Shown: positions 32,552 through 42,676 of the stretch, piece after piece
Layout of the letters: every line of letters begins with the position of its first letter
Numbering within the stretch: position 1 is the first letter of the stretch
Assembly (NCBI RefSeq): GCF_022846255.1
Contig: NZ_AP025682.1
Length of the DNA stretch: 64,000 bases
Strand: one strand, 5' to 3'
From: Escherichia coli
GTDB taxonomy: Bacteria; Pseudomonadota; Gammaproteobacteria; Enterobacterales; Enterobacteriaceae
Program-made: the position numbers and the translations under genes
Notes under the pieces: generated by a model
Seen by the model: only the letters and a program-made list of their open reading frames with translations
Told to the model about the DNA's origin: nothing
Databases searched by the model: none

Positions 32552-33574
32552 GTGACCTTCTGGAGTATTTTACGCCAACGCTGCTGGGGGCTGGTGCTCG
32601 TGGTGGCGGGCGTCTGTGTGATAACGTTTATTATCTCGCACCTGATCCCCGGCGATCCGGCGCGGTTACTGGCGGGTGACCGCGCCAGCGATGCTATCGT
32701 GGATAATATTCGCCAGCAACTGGGACTGGACCAGCCACTGTACGTACAGTTTTACCGCTACGTCAGCGACCTGTTTCAGGGTGACCTAGGAACATCCATT
32801 CGTACCGGGCGTCCGGTGCTGGAAGAGTTGCGCATATTTTTCCCGGCGACGCTGGAACTGGCTTTTTGTGCCCTGCTGCTGGCACTCCTGATTGGCATCC
32901 CGCTGGGCATACTCTCTGCAGTCTGGCGAAATCGCTGGCTGGATCATCTGGTGCGAATAATGGCCATTACCGGAATCTCCACACCTGCGTTCTGGCTTGG
33001 GCTGGGCGTCATTGTGCTGTTTTATGGTCATCTGCAAATTCTTCCCGGCGGCGGAAGGCTTGATGACTGGCTGGATCCACCAACGCACGTTACCGGCTTT
33101 TATCTGCTCGATGCGCTGCTTGAAGGTAACGGTGAAGTCTTCTTCAATGCGCTGCAACATCTCATCTTACCGGCATTAACGCTGGCGTTCGTTCACCTGG
33201 GAATTGTCGCTCGCCAGATCCGCTCAGCTATGCTGGAACAATTGAGTGAAGATTACATTCGTACCGCCCGGGCCAGCGGCTTGCCCGGCTGGTATATCGT
33301 TTTATGTTATGCGCTACCCAATGCGTTGATCCCCTCGATTACCGTATTGGGTCTGGCGCTGGGCGATTTGTTGTATGGCGCAGTGCTCACCGAAACCGTT
33401 TTTGCCTGGCCCGGAATGGGTGCATGGGTAGTAACATCAATACAGGCGCTCGACTTCCCGGCAGTGATGGGCTTTGCCGTCGTGGTTTCGTTTGCTTATG
33501 TGCTGGTGAACCTGGTGGTGGATTTGCTCTATTTGTGGATTGATCCGCGTATCGAACGTGGAGGTGGTGAATGA
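32552..33574 (+). CDS. ddpB: ABC transporter permease
   Basis: 340 aa, polytopic. Confidence 0.9.
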   Translation: MTFWSILRQRCWGLVLVVAGVCVITFIISHLIPGDPARLLAGDRASDAIVDNIRQQLGLDQPLYVQFYRYVSDLFQGDLGTSIRTGRPVLEELRIFFPATLELAFCALLLALLIGIPLGILSAVWRNRWLDHLVRIMAITGISTPAFWLGLGVIVLFYGHLQILPGGGRLDDWLDPPTHVTGFYLLDALLEGNGEVFFNALQHLILPALTLAFVHLGIVARQIRSAMLEQLSEDYIRTARASGLPGWYIVLCYALPNALIPSITVLGLALGDLLYGAVLTETVFAWPGMGAWVVTSIQALDFPAVMGFAVVVSFAYVLVNLVVDLLYLWIDPRIERGGGE

Positions 33575-34467
33575 TGCTAAGCGAGGAAACGTCAGCCGTG
33601 CGCCCACCAAAACAAACGCGATTTAACGGTGCAAAACTGGTATGGATGCTGAAAGGCAGCCCGCTTACCGTGACCGGCGCAGTCATCATTGTATTAATGC
33701 TACTGATGATGATTTTTTCACCGTGGCTGGCGACGCATGATCCCAACGCCATTGATTTAACCGCCCGCCTTTTGCCGCCTTCTGCGGCGCACTGGTTTGG
33801 CACCGATGAAGTGGGACGCGATCTGTTTAGCCGCGTACTGGTCGGCAGTCAGCAATCAATTCTCGCCGGATTAGTGGTGGTCGCCATTGCAGGTATGATG
33901 GGGTCGCTACTCGGGTGTCTATCCGGTGTGCTTGGCGGACGCGCAGACGCGATTATCATGCGCATCATGGACATTATGCTGTCGATTCCTTCGCTGGTGC
34001 TGACAATGGCACTGGCAGCCGCTCTCGGGCCGAGTTTGTTTAACGCCATGCTGGCGATTGCTATTGTGCGAATTCCCTTTTATGTGCGCCTGGCGCGGGG
34101 GCAAACATTAGTTGTCCGCCAGTACACTTACGTTCAGGCGGCGAAAACCTTTGGTGCGTCGCGTTGGCATCTGATCAACTGGCATATTTTACGTAACTCC
34201 CTGCCGCCGCTGATTGTGCAGGCATCGCTGGATATCGGTAGCGCGATTTTAATGGCCGCCACGTTGGGATTTATTGGCCTTGGTGCTCAACAACCGAGTG
34301 CTGAATGGGGGGCGATGGTGGCGAATGGTCGCAACTATGTGCTCGATCAATGGTGGTATTGCGCATTTCCGGGGGCAGCGATTTTGCTTACCGCCGTCGG
34401 GTTTAATCTCTTTGGCGATGGTATTCGCGATCTGCTTGACCCGAAAGCAGGAGGAAAGCAGTCATGA
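33571..34467 (+). CDS. ddpC: ABC transporter permease
   Basis: 298 aa; 4-bp overlap with ddpB. Confidence 0.9.
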   Translation: MMLSEETSAVRPPKQTRFNGAKLVWMLKGSPLTVTGAVIIVLMLLMMIFSPWLATHDPNAIDLTARLLPPSAAHWFGTDEVGRDLFSRVLVGSQQSILAGLVVVAIAGMMGSLLGCLSGVLGGRADAIIMRIMDIMLSIPSLVLTMALAAALGPSLFNAMLAIAIVRIPFYVRLARGQTLVVRQYTYVQAAKTFGASRWHLINWHILRNSLPPLIVQASLDIGSAILMAATLGFIGLGAQQPSAEWGAMVANGRNYVLDQWWYCAFPGAAILLTAVGFNLFGDGIRDLLDPKAGGKQS

Positions 34468-35450
34468 CCCAACCCGTTCTGGACATTCAACAGCTGCATT
34501 TGAGTTTCCCCGGTTTTAACGGCGACGTTCACGCGCTCAACAATGTGTCATTGAAAATCAACCGCGGTGAAATTGTCGGTCTGGTGGGAGAATCCGGCTC
34601 GGGTAAATCAGTCACTGCAATGTTGATTATGCGTCTGTTACCGACGGGCAGTTATTGCGTACATCGGGGGCAGATTTCACTGCTGGGAGAAGATGCTCTT
34701 AACGCTCGGGAAAAGCAGCTTCGTCAGTGGCGCGGCGCACGAGTGGCGATGATCTTTCAGGAACCGATGACCGCCCTTAATCCGACACGTCGAATAGGTC
34801 TTCAGATGATGGACGTGATCCGCCATCATCAACCAATAAGTCGTCGGGAAGCCAGAGCTAAAGCGATTGCCCTGCTGGAAGAGATGCAAATCCCGGATGC
34901 CGTGGAAGTTATGTCGCGCTATCCGTTTGAGCTTTCAGGTGGTATGCGCCAGCGGGTAATGATTGCGCTGGCATTCTCCTGCGAGCCGCAATTGATTATT
35001 GCCGACGAACCGACTACGGCGCTGGACGTCACGGTACAGTTGCAGGTACTGCGTCTGCTTAAACATAAAGCCCGCGCCAGTGGAACTGCGGTACTGTTCA
35101 TCAGCCATGATATGGCCGTGGTGTCGCAACTGTGCGATAGCGTTTACGTGATGTATGCCGGAAGCGTGATTGAAAGCGGCGTGACGGCAGACGTTATCCA
35201 TCATCCCCGGCATCCGTATACCATTGGTTTGCTGCAATGCGCACCGGAACATGGAATACCGCGCCAGCCATTACTCGCTATTCCGGGGACGGTACCAAAC
35301 CTCACCCATTTGCCTGACGGCTGCGCTTTTCGCGATCGTTGCTATGCGGCAGGTGCACAGTGTGAAAACGTCCCGGTGCTAACAGCGTATGGTGACAACA
35401 ACCACCGCTGCGCCTGTTGGTATCCGCAGCAGGAGGTCATTAGTGTCTGA
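34464..35450 (+). CDS. ddpD: ABC transporter ATP-binding protein
   Basis: 328 aa; Walker A GESGSGKS. Confidence 0.9.
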   Translation: MTQPVLDIQQLHLSFPGFNGDVHALNNVSLKINRGEIVGLVGESGSGKSVTAMLIMRLLPTGSYCVHRGQISLLGEDALNAREKQLRQWRGARVAMIFQEPMTALNPTRRIGLQMMDVIRHHQPISRREARAKAIALLEEMQIPDAVEVMSRYPFELSGGMRQRVMIALAFSCEPQLIIADEPTTALDVTVQLQVLRLLKHKARASGTAVLFISHDMAVVSQLCDSVYVMYAGSVIESGVTADVIHHPRHPYTIGLLQCAPEHGIPRQPLLAIPGTVPNLTHLPDGCAFRDRCYAAGAQCENVPVLTAYGDNNHRCACWYPQQEVISV

Positions 35451-36369
35451 TACATTATTAACGTTACGCGACGTCCATATCAATTTCCCTGCCCGAAAAA
35501 ACTGGCTTGGTAAAACTACGGAACATGTTCATGCCATCAATGGTATTGATTTACAGATCCGTCGTGGTGAAACCTTAGGGATCGTCGGTGAGTCAGGCTG
35601 CGGCAAAAGCACCCTCGCACAGCTTTTAATGGGTATGCTGCAACCGAGCCACGGGCAGTACATCCGTTCAGGATCACAACGCATTATGCAGATGGTGTTT
35701 CAGGACCCGCTCTCTTCGCTTAATCCGCGCTTACCGGTGTGGCGCATCATCACGGAACCGCTCTGGATTGCTAAGCGTAGTAGTGAACAACAGCGGCGAG
35801 CGTTGGCAGAGGAGCTGGCTGTGCAGGTGGGTATTCGTCCGGAGTATCTCGACCGCTTGCCTCATGCGTTTTCCGGCGGGCAGCGGCAACGTATCGCCAT
35901 TGCCAGAGCACTCTCTTCGCAGCCTGACGTGATTGTGCTTGATGAACCAACCTCGGCGCTGGATATCTCCGTGCAGGCGCAGATCCTCAATTTACTGGTA
36001 ACGCTACAGGAAAATCGCGAGCTGACTTATGTGCTGATTTCACACAATGTCTCCGTGATACGTCATATGAGCGATCGGGTGGCGGTGATGTATCTCGGAC
36101 AGATTGTGGAACTAGGAGACGCGCAACAGGTGCTGACAGCTCCGGCACATCCATACACCCGATTATTGCTGGATTCCCTCCCCGCCATTGATAAACCGCT
36201 GGAGGAAGAATGGGCATTACGTAAAACGGATCTGCCGGGAAACCGCACGTTTCCGCAAGGCTGTTTTTTCTACGAACGTTGCCCTCTGGCAACCCACGGA
36301 TGTGAAGTCCGACAATCATTAGCAATAAGGGAGGACGGACGTGAGCTCCGGTGCTGGCGGGCGCTGTAG
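35443..36369 (+). CDS. ddpF: ABC transporter ATP-binding protein
   Basis: 308 aa from GTG preceded by AGGAGG; Walker A GESGCGKST. Confidence 0.88.
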   Translation: MSDTLLTLRDVHINFPARKNWLGKTTEHVHAINGIDLQIRRGETLGIVGESGCGKSTLAQLLMGMLQPSHGQYIRSGSQRIMQMVFQDPLSSLNPRLPVWRIITEPLWIAKRSSEQQRRALAEELAVQVGIRPEYLDRLPHAFSGGQRQRIAIARALSSQPDVIVLDEPTSALDISVQAQILNLLVTLQENRELTYVLISHNVSVIRHMSDRVAVMYLGQIVELGDAQQVLTAPAHPYTRLLLDSLPAIDKPLEEEWALRKTDLPGNRTFPQGCFFYERCPLATHGCEVRQSLAIREDGRELRCWRAL

Positions 36370-36371
36370 AG

Positions 36372-36410
36372 ATGCTAACAACGCATCAGGCATTCACGCG
36401 CCTGACGCGT
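36372..36410. repeat. REP-like palindromic element between convergent ddpF and osmC
   Basis: gcatcaggc…gcctgacgcgtcatccggca resembles REP consensus. Confidence 0.4.
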
Positions 36411-36424
36411 CATCCGGCAATGCT

Positions 36425-36856
36425 TTACGATTTCAACTGGTAATCCAGCGTAATTTCCGCTTTCAGTACCTGAGAGACCGGGCATCCTGCTTTTGCTTTC
36501 TGGATAATGCCGTCAAAAGTAGAGGCATCAATACCCGGCACCGCAACTTCGCTCTTCAGTGCGATTTTAGTAATCGCAAAACCGGCATCCACTTTATCCA
36601 GCGAGACATCGGCGGTGGTATCAATCGATGTTGGCGTGAATCCCGCTTCCCCCAGCATTAATGAAAGCGCCATTGAGAAACATGCGGCATGCGCTGCGCC
36701 AATCAGTTCTTCAGGGTTGGTTCCTTTTTCGCCTTCAAAACGCGTGTTAAATCCATACGGCTGTTGGTTCAGCACGCCGCTCTCAGTAGATACTGTTCCC
36801 TTCCCGCGTTTGATATCGCCTTCCCAGTGTGCCTGACCTTTCTTATGGATTGTCAT
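36425..36856 (-). CDS. osmC: Osmotically inducible peroxiredoxin
   Basis: 143 aa, MTIHKKGQAHWEGD…. Confidence 0.95.
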   Translation of the reverse strand: MTIHKKGQAHWEGDIKRGKGTVSTESGVLNQQPYGFNTRFEGEKGTNPEELIGAAHAACFSMALSLMLGEAGFTPTSIDTTADVSLDKVDAGFAITKIALKSEVAVPGIDASTFDGIIQKAKAGCPVSQVLKAEITLDYQLKS

Positions 36857-37200
36857 TGTTGCTCTCCTGTGGGCTTAAAAAGGAAATTATAGACTACGTG
36901 AGAAACAGCACGAGGATAAGCAGGATAATCCGAATAAAATCCGGCGAAAATATAATTCCTGCACTTAAATTAAATTTCCACAATAGATAACCGGAAATAT
37001 ATAACTCAAGAGATATTGCATCAATATCAATCAACTCATCACAATAATAATACCTATCAATATCATGGAGTTAAAATATAAAAATCATCAACCAGGACTA
37101 ATCTTAACAACGAAGCGGCAAATATTTGCCATGCTGAATGTGCTTTATAAATCTGCGATCCGTAGCAGACACCATAAATACACAGACACGGAGAATCACT

Positions 37201-37416
37201 ATGTTTACTTATTATCAGGCAGAAAATTCAACAGCAGAACCCGCTCTGGTTAATGCCATTGAGCAAGGCCTTCGGGCAGAGCACGGTGTTGTCACTGAAG
37301 ATGACATTCTCATGGAGCTGACCAAATGGGTGGAAGCATCTGATAACGACATCCTCAGTGATATCTACCAGCAAACGATCAATTATGTGGTCAGTGGTCA
37401 GCACCCTACGCTTTAA
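37201..37416 (+). CDS. bdm: Biofilm-dependent modulation protein
   Basis: 71 aa, MFTYYQAENSTAEPALVNAIEQG…. Confidence 0.9.
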   Translation: MFTYYQAENSTAEPALVNAIEQGLRAEHGVVTEDDILMELTKWVEASDNDILSDIYQQTINYVVSGQHPTL

Positions 37417-37517
37417 GGTGCTATGCTTGATCGGCAACCTAATTTAGGGGTTTAGCACGTGTTTCTTCGCTACGGCGATGTTGTCCTTAAAACTAGCAAC
37501 AGGATTGAGGAGTTAAA

Positions 37518-37655
37518 ATGAAATCGAACCGTCAGGCACGTCATATTCTTGGACTGGACCATAAAATTTCTAACCAGCGCAAAATAGTTACCGAAGGTGA
37601 CAAATCCAGCGTGGTAAATAATCCCACCGGCAGAAAACGCCCCGCTGAAAAGTAA
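37518..37655 (+). CDS. sra: Stationary-phase-induced ribosome-associated protein (45 aa)
   Basis: [45 protein letters not shown]; below the 60-aa ORF-track cutoff, found by manual translation. Confidence 0.85.
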
Positions 37656-37686
37656 TTCATAACCATCAGTCCTCAATGACGATTAA

Positions 37687-37720
37687 ACACCATTGCCTGC
37701 GCAATGGTGTTTTTGTTTTT
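37687..37720 (+). terminator. Rho-independent terminator after sra
   Basis: acaccattgc-ctgc-gcaatggtgt followed by ttttgttttt. Confidence 0.8.
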
Positions 37721-37811
37721 ATCTGCTTTATACTTGGTACTTGACGCCCTGGCGGTAATGCAAAGACGATAAAAGCCCCCAGGGATGGATATTCAAAAAA
37801 GAGTGAGTGAC

Positions 37812-39509
37812 ATGGAACCAAAAACAAAAAAACAGCGTTCGCTTTATATCCCTTACGCTGGCCCTGTATTGCTGGAATTTCCGTTGTTGAATAAAGGCAG
37901 CGCCTTCAGCATGGAAGAACGCCGTAACTTCAACCTGCTGGGGTTACTGCCGGAAGTGGTCGAAACCATCGAAGAACAAGCGGAACGAGCATGGATCCAG
38001 TATCAGGGATTCAAAACCGAAATCGACAAACACATCTACCTGCGTAACATCCAGGACACTAACGAAACCCTCTTCTACCGTCTGGTAAACAATCATCTTG
38101 ATGAGATGATGCCAGTCATTTACACCCCAACCGTCGGCGCAGCCTGTGAGCGTTTTTCTGAGATCTACCGCCGTTCACGCGGTGTGTTTATCTCTTACCA
38201 GAACCGCCACAATATGGACGATATTCTGCAAAACGTACCAAACCATAATATCAAAGTGATTGTGGTGACTGACGGCGAACGTATTCTGGGGCTTGGTGAC
38301 CAGGGCATCGGCGGGATGGGCATTCCGATCGGTAAACTGTCGCTCTATACCGCCTGTGGCGGCATCAGTCCGGCCTATACCCTTCCGGTGGTGCTGGATG
38401 TCGGCACCAACAACCAACAGCTGCTTAACGATCCGCTGTATATGGGCTGGCGTAATCCGCGTATCACTGACGACGAATACTATGAATTCGTTGATGAATT
38501 TATCCAGGCTGTGAAACAACGCTGGCCGGACGTACTGTTGCAGTTTGAAGACTTCGCACAAAAAAATGCGATGCCGTTACTTAACCGCTATCGCAATGAA
38601 ATTTGTTCTTTTAACGATGACATTCAGGGCACCGCGGCGGTAACAGTCGGCACACTGATCGCAGCCAGCCGCGCGGCAGGCGGTCAGTTAAGCGAGAAAA
38701 AAATCGTCTTCCTTGGCGCAGGTTCAGCGGGATGCGGCATTGCCGAAATGATCATCGCCCAGACCCAGCGCGAAGGATTAAGCGAGGAAGCGGCGCGGCA
38801 GAAAGTCTTTATGGTCGATCGCTTTGGCCTGCTGACCGACAAGATGCCGAACCTGCTGCCTTTCCAGACCAAACTGGTGCAGAAGCGCGAAAACCTCATC
38901 GACTGGGATACCGACAGCGATGTGCTGTCACTGCTGGATGTGGTGCGCAATGTAAAACCAGATATTCTGATTGGCGTCTCAGGACAGACCGGACTGTTTA
39001 CGGAAGAGATCATCCGTGAGATGCATAAACACTGTCCGCGTCCGATCGTGATGCCGCTGTCTAACCCGACGTCACGCGTGGAAGCCACACCGCAGGACAT
39101 TATCGCCTGGACCGAAGGTAACGCGCTGGTCGCCACTGGCAGTCCATTTAATCCAGTGGTATGGAAAGATAAAATCTACCCTATCGCCCAGTGTAATAAC
39201 GCCTTTATTTTCCCGGGCATCGGGCTGGGTGTTATTGCTTCCGGCGCGTCACGTATCACCGATGAAATGCTGATGTCGGCAAGTGAAACGCTTGCTCAGT
39301 ATTCGCCGCTGGTCCTGAACGGCGAAGGTCTGGTACTGCCGGAACTGAAAGATATTCAGAAAGTATCCCGCGCAATTGCGTTTGCGGTTGGCAAAATGGC
39401 GCAGCAGCAAGGCGTGGCGGTGAAAACCTCCGCCGAAGCTCTGCAACAGGCCATTGATGATAATTTCTGGCAAGCCGAATACCGCGACTACCGCCGTACC
39501 TCCATCTAA
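37812..39509 (+). CDS. maeA: NAD-dependent malic enzyme
   Basis: 565 aa from [23 protein letters not shown]…. Confidence 0.95.
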   Translation: MEPKTKKQRSLYIPYAGPVLLEFPLLNKGSAFSMEERRNFNLLGLLPEVVETIEEQAERAWIQYQGFKTEIDKHIYLRNIQDTNETLFYRLVNNHLDEMMPVIYTPTVGAACERFSEIYRRSRGVFISYQNRHNMDDILQNVPNHNIKVIVVTDGERILGLGDQGIGGMGIPIGKLSLYTACGGISPAYTLPVVLDVGTNNQQLLNDPLYMGWRNPRITDDEYYEFVDEFIQAVKQRWPDVLLQFEDFAQKNAMPLLNRYRNEICSFNDDIQGTAAVTVGTLIAASRAAGGQLSEKKIVFLGAGSAGCGIAEMIIAQTQREGLSEEAARQKVFMVDRFGLLTDKMPNLLPFQTKLVQKRENLIDWDTDSDVLSLLDVVRNVKPDILIGVSGQTGLFTEEIIREMHKHCPRPIVMPLSNPTSRVEATPQDIIAWTEGNALVATGSPFNPVVWKDKIYPIAQCNNAFIFPGIGLGVIASGASRITDEMLMSASETLAQYSPLVLNGEGLVLPELKDIQKVSRAIAFAVGKMAQQQGVAVKTSAEALQQAIDDNFWQAEYRDYRRTSI

Positions 39510-39642
39510 GCCTGCGCCCGGTAGTGAAGGCTACCGGGCAATTTCCCTCTCCCTTTTTCAGATCTCATCCATACTGGGTAGTGGCGAATAAATCTCATTT
39601 GCCTCACCTGCTATGCAGAACATCATCCGAAAAGGAGGAACT

Positions 39643-40653
39643 ATGAAGGCTGCAGTTGTTACGAAGGATCATCATGTTGACGTTACGGATAAAACACTGC
39701 GCTCACTGAAACATGGCGAAGCCCTGCTGAAAATGGAGTGTTGTGGTGTATGTCATACCGATCTTCATGTTAAGAATGGCGATTTTGGTGACAAAACCGG
39801 CGTGATTCTGGGACACGAAGGTATTGGTGTGGTGGCAGAAGTTGGCCCTGGTGTTACTTCATTAAAACCAGGCGATCGTGCCAGCGTGGCGTGGTTCTAT
39901 GAAGGATGCGGTCATTGCGAATACTGTAACAGTGGTAACGAAACGCTCTGCCGTTCAGTTAAAAATGCCGGATACAGCGTTGATGGCGGGATGGCGGAAG
40001 AGTGCATCGTGGTCGCCGATTACGCGGTAAAAGTGCCAGATGGTCTGGACTCGGCGGCGGCCAGCAGCATTACCTGTGCGGGGGTCACTACCTACAAAGC
40101 CGTTAAGCTGTCAAAAATTCGTCCAGGACAGTGGATTGCTATCTACGGTCTTGGCGGTCTGGGTAACCTCGCCCTGCAATACGCGAAGAATGTCTTTAAC
40201 GCCAAAGTGATCGCCATTGATGTCAATGATGAACAGTTAAAACTGGCAACCGAAATGGGTGCAGATTTAGCGATTAACTCACGCACCGAAGACGCCGCCA
40301 GAATTGTGCAGGAGAAAGCCGGTGGCGCTCACGCAGCGGTGGTGACAGCGGTAGCTAAAGCTGCGTTTAACTCGGCGGTGGATGCTGTCCGTGCAGGTGG
40401 TCGTGTCGTGGCTGTCGGTCTGCCGCCGGAGTCTATGAGCCTGGACATCCCACGGCTGGTGCTGGATGGTATTGAAGTGGTCGGTTCGCTGGTCGGCACG
40501 CGTCAGGATCTCACCGAAGCCTTCCAGTTTGCCGCCGAAGGCAAAGTGGTGCCGAAAGTCGCCCTGCGTCCGTTAGCGGACATCAACACCATCTTTACCG
40601 AGATGGAAGAAGGCAAAATCCGTGGCCGTATGGTGATTGATTTCCGTCGCTAA
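39643..40653 (+). CDS. adhP: Zn-dependent alcohol dehydrogenase, propanol-preferring
   Basis: 336 aa from [12 protein letters not shown]…; Zn-ADH motifs (GHEGIG, GxGxxG). Confidence 0.95.
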   Translation: MKAAVVTKDHHVDVTDKTLRSLKHGEALLKMECCGVCHTDLHVKNGDFGDKTGVILGHEGIGVVAEVGPGVTSLKPGDRASVAWFYEGCGHCEYCNSGNETLCRSVKNAGYSVDGGMAEECIVVADYAVKVPDGLDSAAASSITCAGVTTYKAVKLSKIRPGQWIAIYGLGGLGNLALQYAKNVFNAKVIAIDVNDEQLKLATEMGADLAINSRTEDAARIVQEKAGGAHAAVVTAVAKAAFNSAVDAVRAGGRVVAVGLPPESMSLDIPRLVLDGIEVVGSLVGTRQDLTEAFQFAAEGKVVPKVALRPLADINTIFTEMEEGKIRGRMVIDFRR

Positions 40654-40798
40654 GAGGTCTTTGCTGCGACTGCCATGTTCGGGTCGCAGCATCGCACACT
40701 CTCCAACATGAAATGGCTAAATGGATTATTGTTGCGTAGGAAGGAACAATAATGATAGTGTTCCTGGTGAAGGAACGCTACTGAGAGTAAAGACACTG

Positions 40799-41083
40799 AT
40801 GAAAATGGCCAATCCTCCCCGCCCGGGAGACATTATTCAGGAATCACTGGACGAACTTAATGTCAGCCTGCGCGAGTTTGCCAGAGCAATGGAAATTGCT
40901 CCCTCAACGGCAAGCCGATTGCTGACCGGAAAAGCAGCTTTGACGCCAGAAATGGCAATTAAACTTTCCGTGGTGATCGGCAGTTCGCCGCAAATGTGGC
41001 TGAATCTGCAAAACGCCTGGAGCCTGGCAGAGGCTGAAAAAACGGTGGATGTGTCGCGACTGCGCCGTCTGGTTACGCAATAA
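40799..41083 (+). CDS. yddM: XRE-family HTH protein (HigA-like antitoxin-type regulator)
   Basis: 94 aa from [21 protein letters not shown]…. Confidence 0.85.
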   Translation: MKMANPPRPGDIIQESLDELNVSLREFARAMEIAPSTASRLLTGKAALTPEMAIKLSVVIGSSPQMWLNLQNAWSLAEAEKTVDVSRLRRLVTQ

Positions 41084-41112
41084 AAAAATGGCGCTTCTTA
41101 AAGCGCCATTTT
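41084..41112. terminator. Bidirectional terminator between convergent yddM and fdnI
   Basis: aaaaaatggcgctt-ctta-aagcgccatttt, A/T tracts on both sides. Confidence 0.75.
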
Positions 41113-41133
41113 CAGCTTAAAGTTCAAAAGAGA

Positions 41134-41787
41134 TTATATCCCTTCTTCACTCTCTTTTTTCGCTTCTGCCTTCTCGATTTCACGATACCAGCGCGGATGG
41201 TGTTTCTTCGCCCAGCGACGGCTCACCTTCCCTTCGATCATCCCTTTAATCGATCCTTTCACCCAGAATGCCATATACATATGGATCAGGATGGCGTGGA
41301 TCAGGATGATACCCGCAGCCGCGTGAATCAGCAGGCTATAACGGACAACCTGTATCGGGAAGTACTGCGCAAAGTACGGACGCCAGATAATCACCCCGGT
41401 CACCAGCAGCACGAAAATCATGCTCATGATCGACCAGAACATCATCTTTTGCCCGGCGTTGTACTTACCGACATCCGCCACTTTATGCTCATTGCCTTTC
41501 AATACTTCGACAATGTTCAACAGCCACGGAATATCTTTCTTATCCGGGATGTTGTGATGCACAAAACGCACAAACATAAACATCAGTGCGACGAAAATCG
41601 CAATGCCGAAGAACGGGTGCAAAATGCGTCCCATCTGCGGCGTACCGAAGGTTTGCGTCAGCCATTGCAGCGTCGGGAAGAAGAACGAAATCCCGGACAG
41701 CGCCACCAGGAAGAAGCAAATCACCACGGTCCAGTGACAGGCGCGATCAATAAACTTGGTGCGCACAATCATTTTCGACTTACTCAT
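41134..41787 (-). CDS. fdnI: Formate dehydrogenase-N gamma subunit (cytochrome b556)
   Basis: 217 aa from [22 protein letters not shown]…. Confidence 0.95.
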   Translation of the reverse strand: MSKSKMIVRTKFIDRACHWTVVICFFLVALSGISFFFPTLQWLTQTFGTPQMGRILHPFFGIAIFVALMFMFVRFVHHNIPDKKDIPWLLNIVEVLKGNEHKVADVGKYNAGQKMMFWSIMSMIFVLLVTGVIIWRPYFAQYFPIQVVRYSLLIHAAAGIILIHAILIHMYMAFWVKGSIKGMIEGKVSRRWAKKHHPRWYREIEKAEAKKESEEGI

Positions 41788-42664
41788 GATGCTCCTCCTC
41801 GTCATCGTCCACTTCCTTATTCGGGCCAATACCGATGTAGTGGAAAATCAACCCGGCAAAAGTGGCGATAAAGCCAGCCGCTGCCAGCGGTTTCAACGCG
41901 CCTTTCCACAAGTTCACCGATGTGTCGATCTTCGGATCTTTCGGCAGACCGTGATACAGCTCCGGCTGATCGGCGTGATGCAACACGTACATGACGTGCG
42001 TACCACCGACCCCTTCCGGGTTGTAGACGCCAGCATGTTCGTAACCACGCGCTTTCAGTTTCGCCACGCGCTGTTCCGCCAGCTCCATCATCTCCTTCTT
42101 GGTGCCGAAGTGGATAGCCCCGGTCGGACAGGTTTTCACACAAGCCGGTTCCTGGCCGACGCTGACGCGATCGACGCAGAGCGTGCATTTATATACCCGG
42201 TTATCCTCTTTGTTGAGGCGCGGAATATTAAACGGACACCCGGCAATGCAGTAACCACAGCCGATGCAGTTTTCCGACTGGAAATCGACAATCCCGTTAG
42301 CGTACTGAATGATTGCACCAGCAGACGGGCACGCCTTCAGGCAGCCCGGATCTTCACAGTGCATACAGCCGTCTTTACGGATCAGCCACTCCAGCTTGCC
42401 GTTCTGTTCGGTTTCGCTAAAGCGCATCACCGTCCAGGACTTGGCGCTCAGATCGGCGGGGTTATCGTAAACCCCGACGCAGTGCCCCACTTCATCACGG
42501 ATGTCGTTCCACTCCGAACACGCCACCTGACAGGCTTTACAGCCGATACAGGTGGAAACGTCGATAAGTTTTGCGACTTCTGCTTTGTAATCACGCACCT
42601 GAGAAGGCGGCGTGATGGAGTTAGTTGCGGACCTTTTGATAATGTCCTGCGTTTCCATAGCCAT
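41780..42664 (-). CDS. fdnH: Formate dehydrogenase-N beta subunit (4x[4Fe-4S])
   Basis: 294 aa with four ferredoxin-type Cys clusters and C-terminal TM anchor. Confidence 0.95.
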   Translation of the reverse strand: MAMETQDIIKRSATNSITPPSQVRDYKAEVAKLIDVSTCIGCKACQVACSEWNDIRDEVGHCVGVYDNPADLSAKSWTVMRFSETEQNGKLEWLIRKDGCMHCEDPGCLKACPSAGAIIQYANGIVDFQSENCIGCGYCIAGCPFNIPRLNKEDNRVYKCTLCVDRVSVGQEPACVKTCPTGAIHFGTKKEMMELAEQRVAKLKARGYEHAGVYNPEGVGGTHVMYVLHHADQPELYHGLPKDPKIDTSVNLWKGALKPLAAAGFIATFAGLIFHYIGIGPNKEVDDDEEEHHE

Positions 42665-42676
42665 CTGTTCGCCCCC

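Noticed and set aside
36341-36892. Plus-strand ORFs overlapping osmC
   Set aside because: Antisense to osmC, which is clearly identified on the minus strand
37065-37253. 62-aa ORF upstream of bdm
   Set aside because: Lies in the osmC/bdm promoter region and overlaps the bdm start; no conservation signal I recognise
40662-40692. Hairpin after adhP as a terminator
   Set aside because: Stem present (tgctgcgac…gtcgcagca) but no T-tract follows; too weak to call
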